Shown here: piece after piece, positions 39,571-52,800 of the stretch
How the letters are laid out: every line of letters begins with the position of its first letter
Numbering within the stretch: the stretch's first letter is position 1
Translations under genes and position numbers: made by a program
Source of the DNA: Phoronis australis
Taxonomy: Eukaryota; Animalia; Phoronida
Direction of reading: 5' to 3'
Length of the DNA: 64,000 nucleotides
Assembly: GCA_002633005.1 (NCBI GenBank)
Contig: NMRA01000236.1
Coordinates: 153,907-217,906, forward strand
The notes under the pieces: model-generated
The model's input: only the letters and a program-made list of their open reading frames with translations
Told to the model about the DNA's origin: nothing
Databases searched by the model: none

Positions 39571-42500
39571 CTGTTCATCTAATTTGAGAGGAAACCTTTA
39601 GAACTAAAGGAGTAATTACATGACCTTTGCACCTAATGACCTCTTCTAACGCATTATTGAATATGATTATATAATAAAACAAAATTTATATACCGGGTAC
39701 TGCTACATTTCATACATTAAATTTGAAGTTATTAAGCATCAAAGTTGGTCGGAAGAAGAATGAGAATAAGTATAAAATTGAAGAAAACCTAGGGACAACA
39801 GTACCGGCTCTGCGCTTACACGCGCTGAGTAAATATGCCATAATTAGACGTGACTTTTCGCAAAGGTACAGACAGCTAGCTGTATGAACCCTTCCAATTT
39901 TCTCTAATTGTTTTATTACCTTTGTTAGTCGTACTATCATACCCGAACTAACAGAACAAAAAGTTTTGTCAATGTCTTATTTGACATCGTGCTGCTTTCA
40001 ATAAAAGTAAGAGGCACTTTTTGTTCACGAAAGAATAAGGAAATTACCCTCAGTAAAAATGAGGGACGAAGCCTTCCCTCAACTACACACCCTGCTGCAT
40101 TTTGTGTGGCGATATGTTTTTAAAAATGCAAAACACCATCTATTACAGACATCTACTTTCAACTCACATTGTTCATATCAGTGAAGCGAACTAGTTGGGG
40201 TAACTGTAATAGTCTTACTTTTCGGTCATTTTCACCAAGCAACTACTCTGTACCTACCACGTATGATCACAGTCCCAGTACCATCGGTTTTTATAGATTT
40301 TGTGGGACGAAAGTGAACCAGTCGGCTTTCATTCCCCCTGACGTGATGACGCAGGATGTCAGTCAAATGTGTCCCATGGTTATGAGCATCTAGTACGGTG
40401 CAAAGTTTCTTACTGTACTTACACTTAGGAACACACCCAACGTCTGGACGGTAGAACCGCAGTTCCCAAAAATTCCTGACCGATGTGTGTCCAGTGCTTT
40501 ATTCTTTGTATACAGCAACCGGCCACAGACACTCCGATAATGTATGGAAAGTAGATTATTACGCAATAGCAGGCCTCGTCCACACAATGAGAAGGCTTGC
40601 AGTTACCTAACGCATAGCTTGATAAGAAGTCCACACAGTGAGAATGGCTTTCTTTTCGAATAGTACAAGAAGTCTGCGTGGCTTAGGTAAGACAAATTTT
40701 AATTTTCAGTCAAGTTTAAGATACGGTCTCAAGTCTGCATGACACGGCAGTTCAAGTTGTATTTTTACAGCAGCTTCAGGCTTTCATTGGGTGCATATTT
40801 GCTATTTTCAGTATTTTCGGCAGAGTTTGAGCTAAATCTATTTCTAAGTTAAAGTTTGCTTACATTTCTGACGATTTTTCTTGACTTCAGGTTCGTTGAG
40901 TAATATCTGTGTAGGGCATCCCGCCAGACGTTGTGGCTGATGCACGTCAGACGCTTCTTAAAAATGCTCGCGCGCGGTTCTTATCATTTTTAAGTAGAAA
41001 GTATTCTGAAATTTATCCTAAAATTGACAAAAAGACAGTGTTTACAGAAGTTGCAGTTTTGCTTTTGGGCTCGATGTATTTTGATTGTTTTGAGAACCAA
41101 TTTAAAAATTGACTCATATTTGACCGTAGAGAACCTCATCTGGTGTTGTGCAATAGGTGACCAAAAGGAGGCATGCATTGGTAATGTTTATTACTTTTCT
41201 AATCCCAAATATATTGTGGAAAGTTCGGGATTTTTTGTGATTTAAATGTTCTGCTCAGGTGCAAAATTTCACGGTACATTAAGAAAAATTGTCAGCAATA
41301 TTTTTATTTCACTTTTTTGTTTAGTTTTGAAAACGCATATCATAGTATTGCACTACTTTCACGAATTCGCCATTATACTTCAAAACGAGGCGTCATGTCC
41401 CAACTACAATCTGGTTCTGCATGTTTGGAACCCGCATACTTTCACGTTTGCATTGTTAAAATGGATGCTAAAACGAGGCGTTGTGTCCAAAACAACAATC
41501 ATTTTTGCAGTGCCACCAAAGTGTGCAAGTAGCGCAAGCTGAAGCCAAAGTGATGCTATACATTTTTAGGCCTACTCTTATTGTAGTGAATTGTGTGCAG
41601 AGGGAATTTTGGCGAGAAAGAAAGAAAGTAATTCTTCCATATTCACGGGTGAGAAACAACATGACCGCCGGTCCTCTTAAATCAGACCGACTCACCCAAA
41701 ACAGGATCTCTGGGGATCAAATGGGACCGTCGCACCAGAAAATGGGACTGACGCACCTAAAAACATGACCGCCCTACCAGAAAACTGGACCGCCGGGGAC
41801 TGAACATAACCACCAGGGATTCATACTCCTAGCGTAAAGTAATGGCGTAATTTCAAAGTTATTTAACCGTACATGAACATGAAAAGAGCATGTATTGACA
41901 TTTAGTCGACTTTTAAAAGATTCCACGCAGACCCGTAACTTTATACAAACCTCATACTTCACCAATTAAGCAGTAACCGGTAGTGTCCTCCGACGGAGAT
42001 TAAAGTTCTTAGTTTCAGTTGTAAATTTGGCTTCACAAGAACAGACATTTTATTAAAAACACGTGCACCTTTGAGTTCGCCGAAAGCGATTATTTATCAA
42101 ATTACATTACCTTTAATGAGATTGACCTGCAATTTAAGAAAAAACAGCGATAAATAAGTACAGCCAAATGAACTGCCTACCTTCCTAACAATATTAGCAG
42201 CGAAAATAATTGTCCAAGTCCCCAAATTAAGGTAAACACGATACAAACTACTTAGTTTGAACCAACGTGTCATAGGGTCACATGATCACGTGACACATCG
42301 TTTTACACTGCTGTCTGAACTAAGGAACCTTTTCGAATGTTTGCAAAATTGAAGTGATGACATAAATTTGGCAGATATCGCGTTTTGCAAACTTGAAAAA
42401 TACATTTAATTCAGAGTTGAATTATTACTATAATGCAGTCCGATCTTTATTGAATGGTAAACTTCAACATTTCCTGGTGCCAATGTGACATGGATGAGGG

Positions 42501-42785
42501 TGCAATAATAGAGATAAGATAAAGAATAGAACATTGAACAAAAATGTAATCTCATACGGGCCTTGAATCTCATACGGGCCTCTCAAACTAACTATTTTTT
42601 AAAACTGTTTATTTCAAGTAACAGATAGTACAGAAAATAATACACGTGCTTGCCCGTTAACTCAAATCATTATATGCAGACAGAGGCATGGTTAAGATCA
42701 CAATACAAAAACAATGAAACTTACATATATCACAGAGAGCAAATCAACACTGATGCACACTTATTACACCAAATGGCACATATGG

Positions 42786-42794
<9 letters not shown>

Positions 42795-42817
<23 letters not shown>

Positions 42818-42843
42818 TTGTGTGTGTGTATGTGTGTGTGTCT

Positions 42844-42888
<45 letters not shown>
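42795..42888. repeat. (TG)n microsatellite
   Basis: Direct observation. Confidence 0.98.
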
Positions 42889-42891
<3 letters not shown>

Positions 42892-43789
42892 ATAACATAC
42901 AAATACACACATGCGCGTGCGCGCACACGTGCGCACATACACATGCACATACATAACCATCGACTGAAATATATTCATTTTTACCCGTACAAACCAACAT
43001 AGATGCATGTACAGATTTACTCATGTCCTTATGAAATAGCATCAATCAAAAATGTTTTTTCACAATTACAAACAAAATAAAATTTACTACAACTTCAACA
43101 GGTGCCTGATAAGAAATAGCGTTTATTAAACGTGAACCATACAAGGGGAATAAAGTCTTATCTGTGCTACATGTATTTGGTAAAAGGGAATAATCATTGA
43201 AAATATTGCAACGATTATTCAGGACTTACAACAGGTCAGCTGTTTCACTAGCACTGAAAACAGTAGTTACTAATGGTTCAGTTTCTTGGCCCACCTGGAC
43301 TGTGCGCAAATTTATCCTGGACATTGTGCTGGAATTTGGGAACGTTAACTTTGAAGATGAAGACCGGATCTGAGATGATTCAGAATAATCTCACTACAAC
43401 GCTCTGTAACCTTTGAACAATAAGTGGTGAACAAATTTCCACCCCGTTGAGGTGGGTCTGGGAAATCGTTTTTTTTTCTACCACAAACAGGCAAGACGTC
43501 GATTTAAGGTTCTCTAGAAACGAAAATAACGGATTCATCCACACAGGTCTTCAATATTTCAAAAAGGCAAAAATTTATAAGTAAGGCCCTTAGATATCCT
43601 GAGATCTTGGTATTGAACGTATTGAAGTGCAAGTAATGAAGCCGTTGTATCTAATCGCAATAGTCAAAGTGAGACAAAATAAGAGATTCGCAAATGGTTT
43701 TCAGGTGACGACAAGTTACTGTTTTTTGAAATTGTTTGATTTGGTTGAACAGTTTTTGAATTTACTTGAACATTTCCGATCAATAAAGA

Positions 43790-45578
43790 AATGATTGAAC
43801 ACACGACACTTTTCATTGTTGACAGTCTTTATTCCGTTTCGTTCATATCTTCGTAATAAAACTCTACTCTCAACGGAACATAGATGGAGTAACTGACCTC
43901 GCGACATAATTAAAAGGTACACGATATTTCGAAACATACTTGTTTCATTCTCAAGTGAAGATAAAATGACGCAGTAATGCCACCACAGAGCATATTAAGC
44001 TGATGGCACACTCAGTGGGACACGGCGGGTGTGAAATATTGCAAGGAATGACTAATGAAGGGGGGTAAGAGGAACGTCACGCAAACAAGTGTAAAGTGCG
44101 GCGCGACCCTGTTTGCTGCTCATTCAAAACAGGCTTCTCAAATGCAATCAAAAGGGACTGTAATACTTCCAATCACAGCACATCGTGCTCTATGTACCGA
44201 ATTGACGTGTTTTACACGATTTCTTGACGGGTGATTTTACGATCGTGACATTGCAGAAAATGATCTTGGATGGCGCTATTTTGAAGATGCGTAGATAACC
44301 GAGGAGAAAGACTGGAAACCATTTGACCAATGTAACATTGTTTGACATTTGAACGAAGACATTCGTTCATAGAGCATACAAACTCATAAACAACACTACA
44401 CTGGGCAACGGGGCGGTCTTTCGCTTTAGAAATTTATTTTTCATGACCAAGTTGGAGGACTTCCTATTCCGATAATAAATAATAACATCAAGGCAATCAT
44501 CTGGCTTTAACATTATCCCTAATAATTTTCTTAATGGCGTGTTCGTCATGGAGGTAATTATTGGACATGACATTTTTGTAAAATATCTGACCTAGTTGAT
44601 CAAATTTTCAAGTGTATCTATGAGAACATAGCGAAACATGAGCTCACGTCTCAGAAGAATCTCATGAAGAAACTGCGCAGTCTCTACCAGAGTGACGTTT
44701 ATCTACCAGAGGAACGTGATACCTATGTGAACCTGTCTGACTATGATTTGGACGCTGCAGAGAAGGACTTTCTCGCAAGAAAGTTGAGTTGAAAAATCTG
44801 TATGATATTTTGCGACTGAAATATGATGGGTTCCTCAGTGTTAACCCTAACATACGAGAACAGCTTCGCTCTGAAGGCACTAAGTATAGCAGCAAAAAAT
44901 CATCAGTGTGCTCTCTCCAGCCGTCTGCTAGATGCTTCTAAACGCCTCAAGAAAAATGATGGAATCGTTATTAGCCGCGCCGACAAGTTTGCTCAGTATG
45001 TTATTTTAAACAAAGATGACTCTTCCGATAAACTTAGTCTATTAATATGTGACCCTGCCAAGTTTACCAGCATTAGTCGGACACCCCTCATTGAGCTTAA
45101 ACGTGAATTATCACCCGTCAAGAAATCGTGTAAAACACGTCAATATTCGGTATATAGAGCACCATGTGCTGCGATTGAAAGTATTACAGTCCGTTTTGAT
45201 TGCATTTGAGAAGCCTGTTTTGAATGAGCAGCAAACAGGGTCGCGCCTCACGTTACACTTGTTTGCGTGACTTTCCTGTTACCCCCCTTCATTAGTCAAT
45301 CTTTGCAGTATTTCACTCCCGCCGTGTCCCACTGTATATGTCTCAAGCTTATGCTCTGTGGTGGCATTACTGCGTCCTTTTATGTTCAATTGAGAATGAA
45401 ACAAGTATGTTTCAAAATATCGTGTACCTTTTAATTATGTCGCTAGGTCAGTTACTTCACCTATGTTAAGTTGAGAATAAAGCTTTATTCCGAAGATACG
45501 AACGAAACGGAATAATGACTGTCAACTATGAAAAGTGTGTTCAATCAATTCTGAAAAGTTGTTCCCGAAGTACAGCCA
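43790..45578. mobile_element. Penelope-like retroelement remnant with inverted pseudo-LTRs
   Basis: ~440-bp inverted repeat (43792-44235 vs 45110-45548); 12-bp TSD GATCAATAAAGA (43778-43789, 45579-45590). Minus-strand GIY-YIG fragment (IIYYRNRK..NLVMKN, CYIGQ) and plus-strand RT N-terminal fragment (ISRADK..YVILNK.D). Confidence 0.88.
43920..43957 (-). ncRNA. Candidate minimal type I hammerhead ribozyme (U3-A8 core variant) in Penelope pLTR
   Basis: Minus strand reads CAC-UUGAGAA-U-GAAACA-AGUA-UGUUUC-GAA-AUAU-C-GUG: 3-bp stem I, 6-bp stem II, palindromic AUAU stem III. The plus-strand copy at 45387-45424 has G12->A. Confidence 0.55.
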
Positions 45579-45699
45579 GATCAATAAAGAGTGAAAGTCA
45601 GCTTAATATTTGTGGAGTTGTTTTATGATTTTAAAGATTGACATTTTGTCGTATTATGTGGTGTAGTTTGCTATCGCGGAGATGAACTTAGCCCTCCAT

Positions 45700-46470
45700 T
45701 TGGTTGCCTATTGTTGAAGTTCATCTCGTTCGTACTGAAGTCGTGTACCTGAACTGGAATTGTGTTTGGAGAATGGATAAAAATAGATGTATCGTCGGCG
45801 TAGAGGTATGCGTTTGCGTCGAGTGAGTAAGGAAGGTCGTTTATGTAGACAGAAAAAGAGTGCCGAAGCTGCTACCTTGAGGAACTCCGAAATTGATGTA
45901 ACCCGGTGGCGAAAATTCTGACGCCGATACAGTTAGTGCGGTTACATAGATGCGACTGCAAGAGAATGTGAATGTGCCAACGTAGTACTTATACCGGATA
46001 GGAAGCCGCATCGGAGAGGACATAACAAGTGCTTGTAAGATGTTCGTAGATTTTATTAATTTTTTCTAAGCTTTTGGACATCGACTTTAAAGGAGTTGCT
46101 GACCGCTGACTTGGAATCTCTTTGTGGATAGGTATCATGATGTCGCATTTCACCACCAGTGTCTTAATCTTGTTGAACAGTTGAGCAGTAATAGCATTTA
46201 TCGACTAGTTTATTTGACTCGTTTCTTCTTTCTGCCGAAGTTGTGGACCATTGGATAAGAAACGGGAGGAGATTGGATTGTGGTTGACTTTTCCTTGGGA
46301 AATGTCTGCAGAAAATATTTGCCTTCTCTATTCGAGATTCTGTCCTTTGGTTTGTATCTGGGCATTTTAGAAGCGGTACTTTTTCCTTTTTCAGTCCTGT
46401 TTGCTCCTTAATTTGCTTCTTAACATCCAGCAGTCCGAGTAATTCTTTGATAACTTGTTGGTTGTGTTTA
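45700..46470 (-). mobile_element. Decayed LINE RT fragment
   Basis: GVPQGSSFGTLF, and LYADDTSI near 45790-45806. Confidence 0.7.
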
Positions 46471-49400
46471 CGGGTCTACGGGGGGGGGGGGGGGGNNGCG
46501 GAGCATGCAGTGGTCGTCCTTAAGTTGTTCCTCGTCAAAGGTAACAATATAGTCTCGAATTAATGTTCTAGAACATCGAACACTGAGTTGATTCTTCAAA
46601 GAATTCTGAGCAAAAAAACTTCAAAATTCCAAAACTCAACACATGGGTTTTACGGCGTGCACCAATCGTCAAATCTGTTTTTACCGGAATCGAAATAATC
46701 AATTTTTCAGGAATCCCCGTTGTATCATAAGTCGCAAAAACGAGGAGCTCAGGGTTAAATTCGAGTCTGCGCGTACGAGACTTGCAGAAAACGATGGATA
46801 TGATTTTCGTACGCAAATTTCGTTCGGATGATAATAAAAGTTGCGACGGGTACCCGTGCTTTCAACTTTTAAAACCGCCTCGTCGGTTTTGTCGAATCCT
46901 ATTGGACAGCCCTGACATCTTGAAATGCGACCATTTCTTTTCGTTAACACATACTGAAGGTTACTTATCCGTCCCTTTTGTGGCACCACTTCTTTATGGC
47001 TTGCAGCACACGGTACCGTGCAAGACGCATCTTTTTGCCTTTTCAAAGTTTTTTCCATTTCGCTGGAACTTTGACACATCGCTCTTTCCCGGCTCATATT
47101 GCGACCAGGTTTCTCCATCGAATGTTGTTGATGCAATGTTGGTGTAGTGGTCTTCTTTTTCACAATTTTATCTTCTACAAAGAAGAAATTGTATTATCGA
47201 GAACATCTAGAATTTTCAAATTGTTGACTTGGACCCCCCTTTAAAAATCCTAGATCCGCCCCTGTGTCGATACATTTTGGTGTTATCGTGTACGGGCTGC
47301 ACATATGCAACAGAGTGCCCTAAACATGTCCTCACACTTCAGTACAACGCGTGGAGTTCATATACAGTTTTTGCAGATCAGACTATTCGCTTGGACCAGC
47401 TGCACGTATATGGTTCCACCTCGCTATGAAAGCAGGTATGTAAGACGTCAAGTGCATTGCAGACACGAGAGTGGCGAACAAGCGACTCAATAATTTTGGA
47501 GAACGAAAATTCATCACCCACTGGAAACTCAAAAACAACACGGAAAGGCAGACGTGTAATGTCCTTCCCAAGTTAATCAGCAATGAATTTATTTTGTTTT
47601 AAAGACACTAATACGTTTTTGATCACACTTTTATAAATTTAAACAAATAAACTTGTTCCTTAGTCAACGAATAACGCAGATGTCGTCATTTGAAGTGCAC
47701 GTTCCTTTTGACGAGAGCCCAAAGTCTTGTCTCTCGATTCCGAAAAATAGACCAATTGCATGCTTTGACATCAAAAGAAATTCGAAATCTTTACGAACAA
47801 ACCGTAGAAATACTTGATGAGCTGGTTGAATTCTGTATCAGAGAGACTTTCTGAATAATGCAATTTATTCTGTTTCGCGTTCCAGGCCTCTTTAAGACAA
47901 CGGAACCAGGTTAAATCAATCTTCGGAACAGAAACCGTATTTTGGAATAAACTGAACAGCTGAGGCGATCCCGTCGAACTTTAGGCGCTGCGCGTATTGA
48001 TCGATGTCGTAGGAATCGTCGCCAAGCCATTGTCAGTTCATTTCATTCTTAAACTCACAGACTTCAAATTAGCAATATTCGGGCTGTTCACTCTCTGAAT
48101 GGCTGAGAGATACATGAGGTTTCGGTTCAAAGCATACTTCAAAACAGACTCTAGGTAGCTCATTTTTCTGTTAAAAGAAACCCTTTTGCTGCTTGATTTC
48201 ACTGACAAACCAATATGTGTGAATGCTTCCGGATGCGTATCGCATAAGAAAAAGGGGACCATGAGGAGCGTTCGGTAGGACTAGTATCTTACAAGTTTGG
48301 CGAGATCATCCACGTCTCCGCGACATATCGCCATGTATGGTAAAGTGAGCATGTGAATGCACTACCCTTCGGTCGAGAATTACGAACATTACGAAACGTA
48401 TCACAGACAAGAACGTAACTGGCAACATATTGGATAATTGCTTACATAAACTTTCAAAACTTAGCCAGTTGCTTCCTAGAATCAAATTTGGCAAAATGTT
48501 GTGAGAAAATTTACCAAATATTTACTTTACTCTTAAGTGTCATGGAGACAGAGAACACCAAAAATACAAAACTTTTTATGAGCCTTCTTCACTGGGAAAT
48601 GGACGTTTGCATGTATATGTGAGTTAGAGCATAACACAACTATTGGGATGTAAGTAAACGCTGTAGTTTAGCTGCTTTGCTTACCATTCAAGAAGTTGTC
48701 GCGTTCCTCTGTAGTTTCATGGGAGTAACACGAACCATTCTAAATAGAATGATATATTTTAATAAATGCGTTTGCGAAACCAATAAAGGTTTCTGATTAT
48801 GACCAGTACTATTATTGTTTACAAGTAACCGTACTTGTTCTGAATGTCATTTAAGATTATCTCAAACCTTCTTTAGTTACCCTCAAAAAGGCTATGCCAA
48901 CTGCTAAAAGTACATATATTCTGAAATAAAAAAGATCAGAGATTATGAAAATTTGTTTTTATTATTACGTTACCACCCTTTCAAGTAAAAAAATTCCTTT
49001 TAAGAAAGTTACATTCATAGCAAAATAACCCCTCCGTCAATTTTAATGAATCATTTTTTAAATGAAAACTTCGCAATTTACCTAAAAACACTGTAAGGAA
49101 TTTTCGATTACTCATATATAGTCCATGAGCCAATCTTGTTTCTACGCCAAATTCGCTGGCAAAACTTAAGGTATTTTCGTATAAAAGTAGCAGTCATATT
49201 CTTCTATCTTACGTTACGCAAAAACTGGGCATTTAAAAAGAAAATCCTAAGATCGTTACTGAAAGTGATGAATAAATATCAAAATTGGAAAGTTTCAATG
49301 AAATTCAATGAGCAGTTTTCGAGAACTGATGTTCCTAAGTTCCAATGAAGTCGATTTGTATAAGTCGAGAAAAAGCGGAAATCATCAAAACAAGGTTTAC

Positions 49401-49875
49401 TGGTATCCTTTTAAGTAAAGCAAGCGCCATTGTCCTCGGTGAACTGTCTACAAACCCATGTGCTCACTTGTCCTAACTGCCACAGTGTTCATACGACTGC
49501 AATGTTTGGGAAAATCATCGGTCAAGTGTGTGTTGCAGCATCGTATTAAATCACATTTGTCATTTACGGTTCACCTACAACTGCGAAAAACATTATGGCA
49601 CGCGCCGTGAAAAATGTCGATTTCTAACTCTTACTGCTGATTTCAAACCAGGTGTGCCTTCCGTGGACGTGAGAACCTCGCGAAAACGTAGATCACGCAA
49701 TACTGCGAGACATACCATATACATGTGAGCAAAGCACGTGTTTACCAACTACCGCCTGCTTTGCAAAATTCTTGAGTCAACGGAACTCAGCCCAGTCTTG
49801 CATGCAATGCCGTGGATTTATTTTCAAAAAATAGTCTAATTTTAGCTCTAAGTGAACGGGTCAATTTATAACAAA

Positions 49876-52800
49876 TAGCCACCCGACCCACAACAAATTG
49901 CAACAAAAGGTTTTAGAGTGGTTTTATGTTTTACTGGGTATACTTATGAACAGGAAAATGTCTACCAAAATCTGACCAGCGGAAATGGGTTAAAACTGGG
50001 TCATTTCCAAGATGGCCGCCAAGACGTTTCGAAATCACTAAAAATAGATATAACTTCTGCAATAATTGTGATAGAGACATAATTTTTGGTTTTACTCTCT
50101 ATGGTTTTAAGGGGTGAACAAGTCACTTGTGTGGCTACAATTACGATATGATCAGTATTTGATATGAAATTCAAGATGGCGGCTAAAATTAAAGAACGAA
50201 AAATCACCCGGATTTGTCCGTTAATATCTTATCCCTTATAACGAAAGTATCATTAGATATGACTGGTTTCTGATTGAATGATCTTAAAACATTTAGATTT
50301 TACTAAGATCTGACTGAACTATTTTAAAATATGAAAATTACGTTTATATTAAAGCTGTCAAATATTCAATCCAAAGCATTGGTTTGCATAAAAGTAGCAA
50401 AAAATTGTCTAGTGTATATTTGTTAGCCACTGGTTTTTATTTGAATAATTCACACAAGGAAACTAGAGGCCCAGGGCAAAATGTCAACATCTGCCTGAAG
50501 TGTCCCACAATCAGCCGCAATTGTGCAGATCATTGACAATCTTGAGAAGAAGTCTAAACTTAGTACACAATCCAAAACGAGTCAGTTGTGGCTGGTCTGA
50601 AGATGCTTCATACTGTTCGGGTAACGGTCAAGGCAAATCCCACTCAGTCTTGGAATGATCACTTGCAAGCTGTTGGTGCAGTCGGAGACCACAACTACCT
50701 GAAATCCACTTACCTCTACATACAGGTGTACGAGAAATAGAGGCTGATATGGAGAGCAAACATCCAGATGTGTATGCGAAGTTTCAAAAATGGCTTTCGC
50801 CTGATTCGGCGAACAAACCAGTTTTGGGCAGCTCTCAGCTGTGATCTAGCAATTGAAAAAAATACTTAATGCCATCCCTAAAAAGCACAGGCGGCTTGAC
50901 TCATGGCAGTAAGATGACAGAGGAGCAGCGAACATTGTGGACAATGTCGGTCCCGGTAACGTCAGAGGTGAACATCGCGTTGCAGAACTTCAACGATCTC
51001 AAGTACTCAATATGCAAACAACACAATGGAGCAACTGATGCTAGAATTGATAGAGATGCTTGCGACGTTGCCAAGATATGCACAAAGCTCCCCCATCTTG
51101 AGAGATTCCAGGCAAGGTGGTCTTTTTTGCCTAACTAGCTTTTATAGGGTCTGATAATGTTCGTAATTTGTTTGATATACACTAAACTGGATGTCATATT
51201 GCCATACAACTATGTACTGGTTGGTTGAGTTAATAAATGTTTCACCAAGAAAAAAAGATATGCACAAAGCTGACCGCAATTTCACCCCTCTCCTCAGACC
51301 TTGCGGTAGCAATGTCATCAATTATGTTGTCGCCAACGCACACGTCAACGTGCATAGATATGAATCTGTTGGGAACAAAATCGTTGAGAGAATGGCTCGA
51401 CAACCTGTTTTCTTTCTCTTTTAATAGGAGCGACAAAGTTAAGACCCTGAGAGACGCAGCAGCTGCCCAGGTTGGTTCTGACGGAATCATCCATCCTAGC
51501 TTATTCTTCCAGCGATTCCTGGAAGTATCACGGTCAGATGACTTGTCGCTTGAGGAAGTTGTGAGTTTCGAGCTCAGTCCATACCCACCGTCACTCTATG
51601 AGGAGAACCTGATCTTGAGGAAGGCTGAAATACTTCAACTGGCTCAAGCCGTTTATGACCGCTGTTTCAATGCCCATGCACGTGATGGCGCACCAAACTC
51701 CATACCTTCAGAACGTCCTCAGACTAAAAGGTATGTGTTTTATGTGGGATCTTTGATGCACAAGCTCAAATGGAAGAATAGAGATACGTATGGAAAAATT
51801 GCCGTTGTATACGCTGTCTTCACTGCAAAGCACCATAAGGTAGCCACTGTGGCCTTTGATGGCTATGGTACAGGTACTTCGATAAAGGATAACACTCAGC
51901 AGAGGCGGAGACAGACCAGCAGCTATCCGACTGTGAACTTCGCCGGTGAAACGGCATTTCTGTCCGTCGGCAGTAGCAAGCAACAAGTGATCACCTTAAA
52001 AAGTGACCAGCTGCCGTTCAGGCAGAAGGGGACGATGGTGTGGACATTGCAAAGACAGCAGTAAGCAGTATAAAATGCATTCCACCACAGTAATTGGCGA
52101 GGACACTGACATGTTGATGCTTATGCTCCATTACTGTATGGCTGAAGGGAAACCACTATTTTTCAGTCGAGAACCAATCTGAAAGTTCACGACATAAATT
52201 GAACGAGGTGTGAGTGCTCAGGAAAACGTTGACATGTGTACCCAGCTACTATTCCTGCACTCCTTCATAGGATGCAACTCAACATCTCGTGTATATGGCG
52301 TTGGAAAGAAATCAGTACCTCAGAAACTCGTGAAAGATAACCAAGTCCCCCAGTCACGTGCAGACACAATCGCCACGAAAGGCGTGAGCCCCGATGAAAT
52401 TGAGAAACTTGGCAGCCAAGCGATGTTAGCGATGTTTGGTGGAGAGAGCACGTGTTCTCTGATTGCCATGCATTACAACCTATTCAAAAAGAAGCTTGCT
52501 GCTGATAAGTTTTTCGCTACTCCCAAAAGTCTTCCATCAACGGAATCAGCCACCAGGTTACATTGGATGGGGATGGCAAATGAGCTGAATCTTATAGGGT
52601 GCGGCTGGAGACTTGAACAGTATCAAGTCGTATCCATCGTATCTGCCATGAATGCTGCACCAGACACTCCTGAAGATGATACAATGCAACTGTACCACAG
52701 CTTGTACGCCCGGTTGTAGTTGCAGAAAGAATGGGCTTGCATGTACATCTACATCATACGGATTGTGCCTTACGACCTATTGTGACAATCTACTAAATCA

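Noticed and set aside
40425-40634. C-terminal transmembrane anchor making the CARD gene MAVS-like
   Set aside because: Short hydrophobic stretch with no splice evidence linking it to exons 16 kb away.
42650-43045. Cys/Val- or His/Thr-rich ORFs
   Set aside because: Translations of a (TG)n microsatellite.
43230-43390. Ser-rich further exon of the CARD gene with a GTAAGT donor
   Set aside because: The frame is open but there is no convincing acceptor and no homology; it cannot be supported without transcripts.
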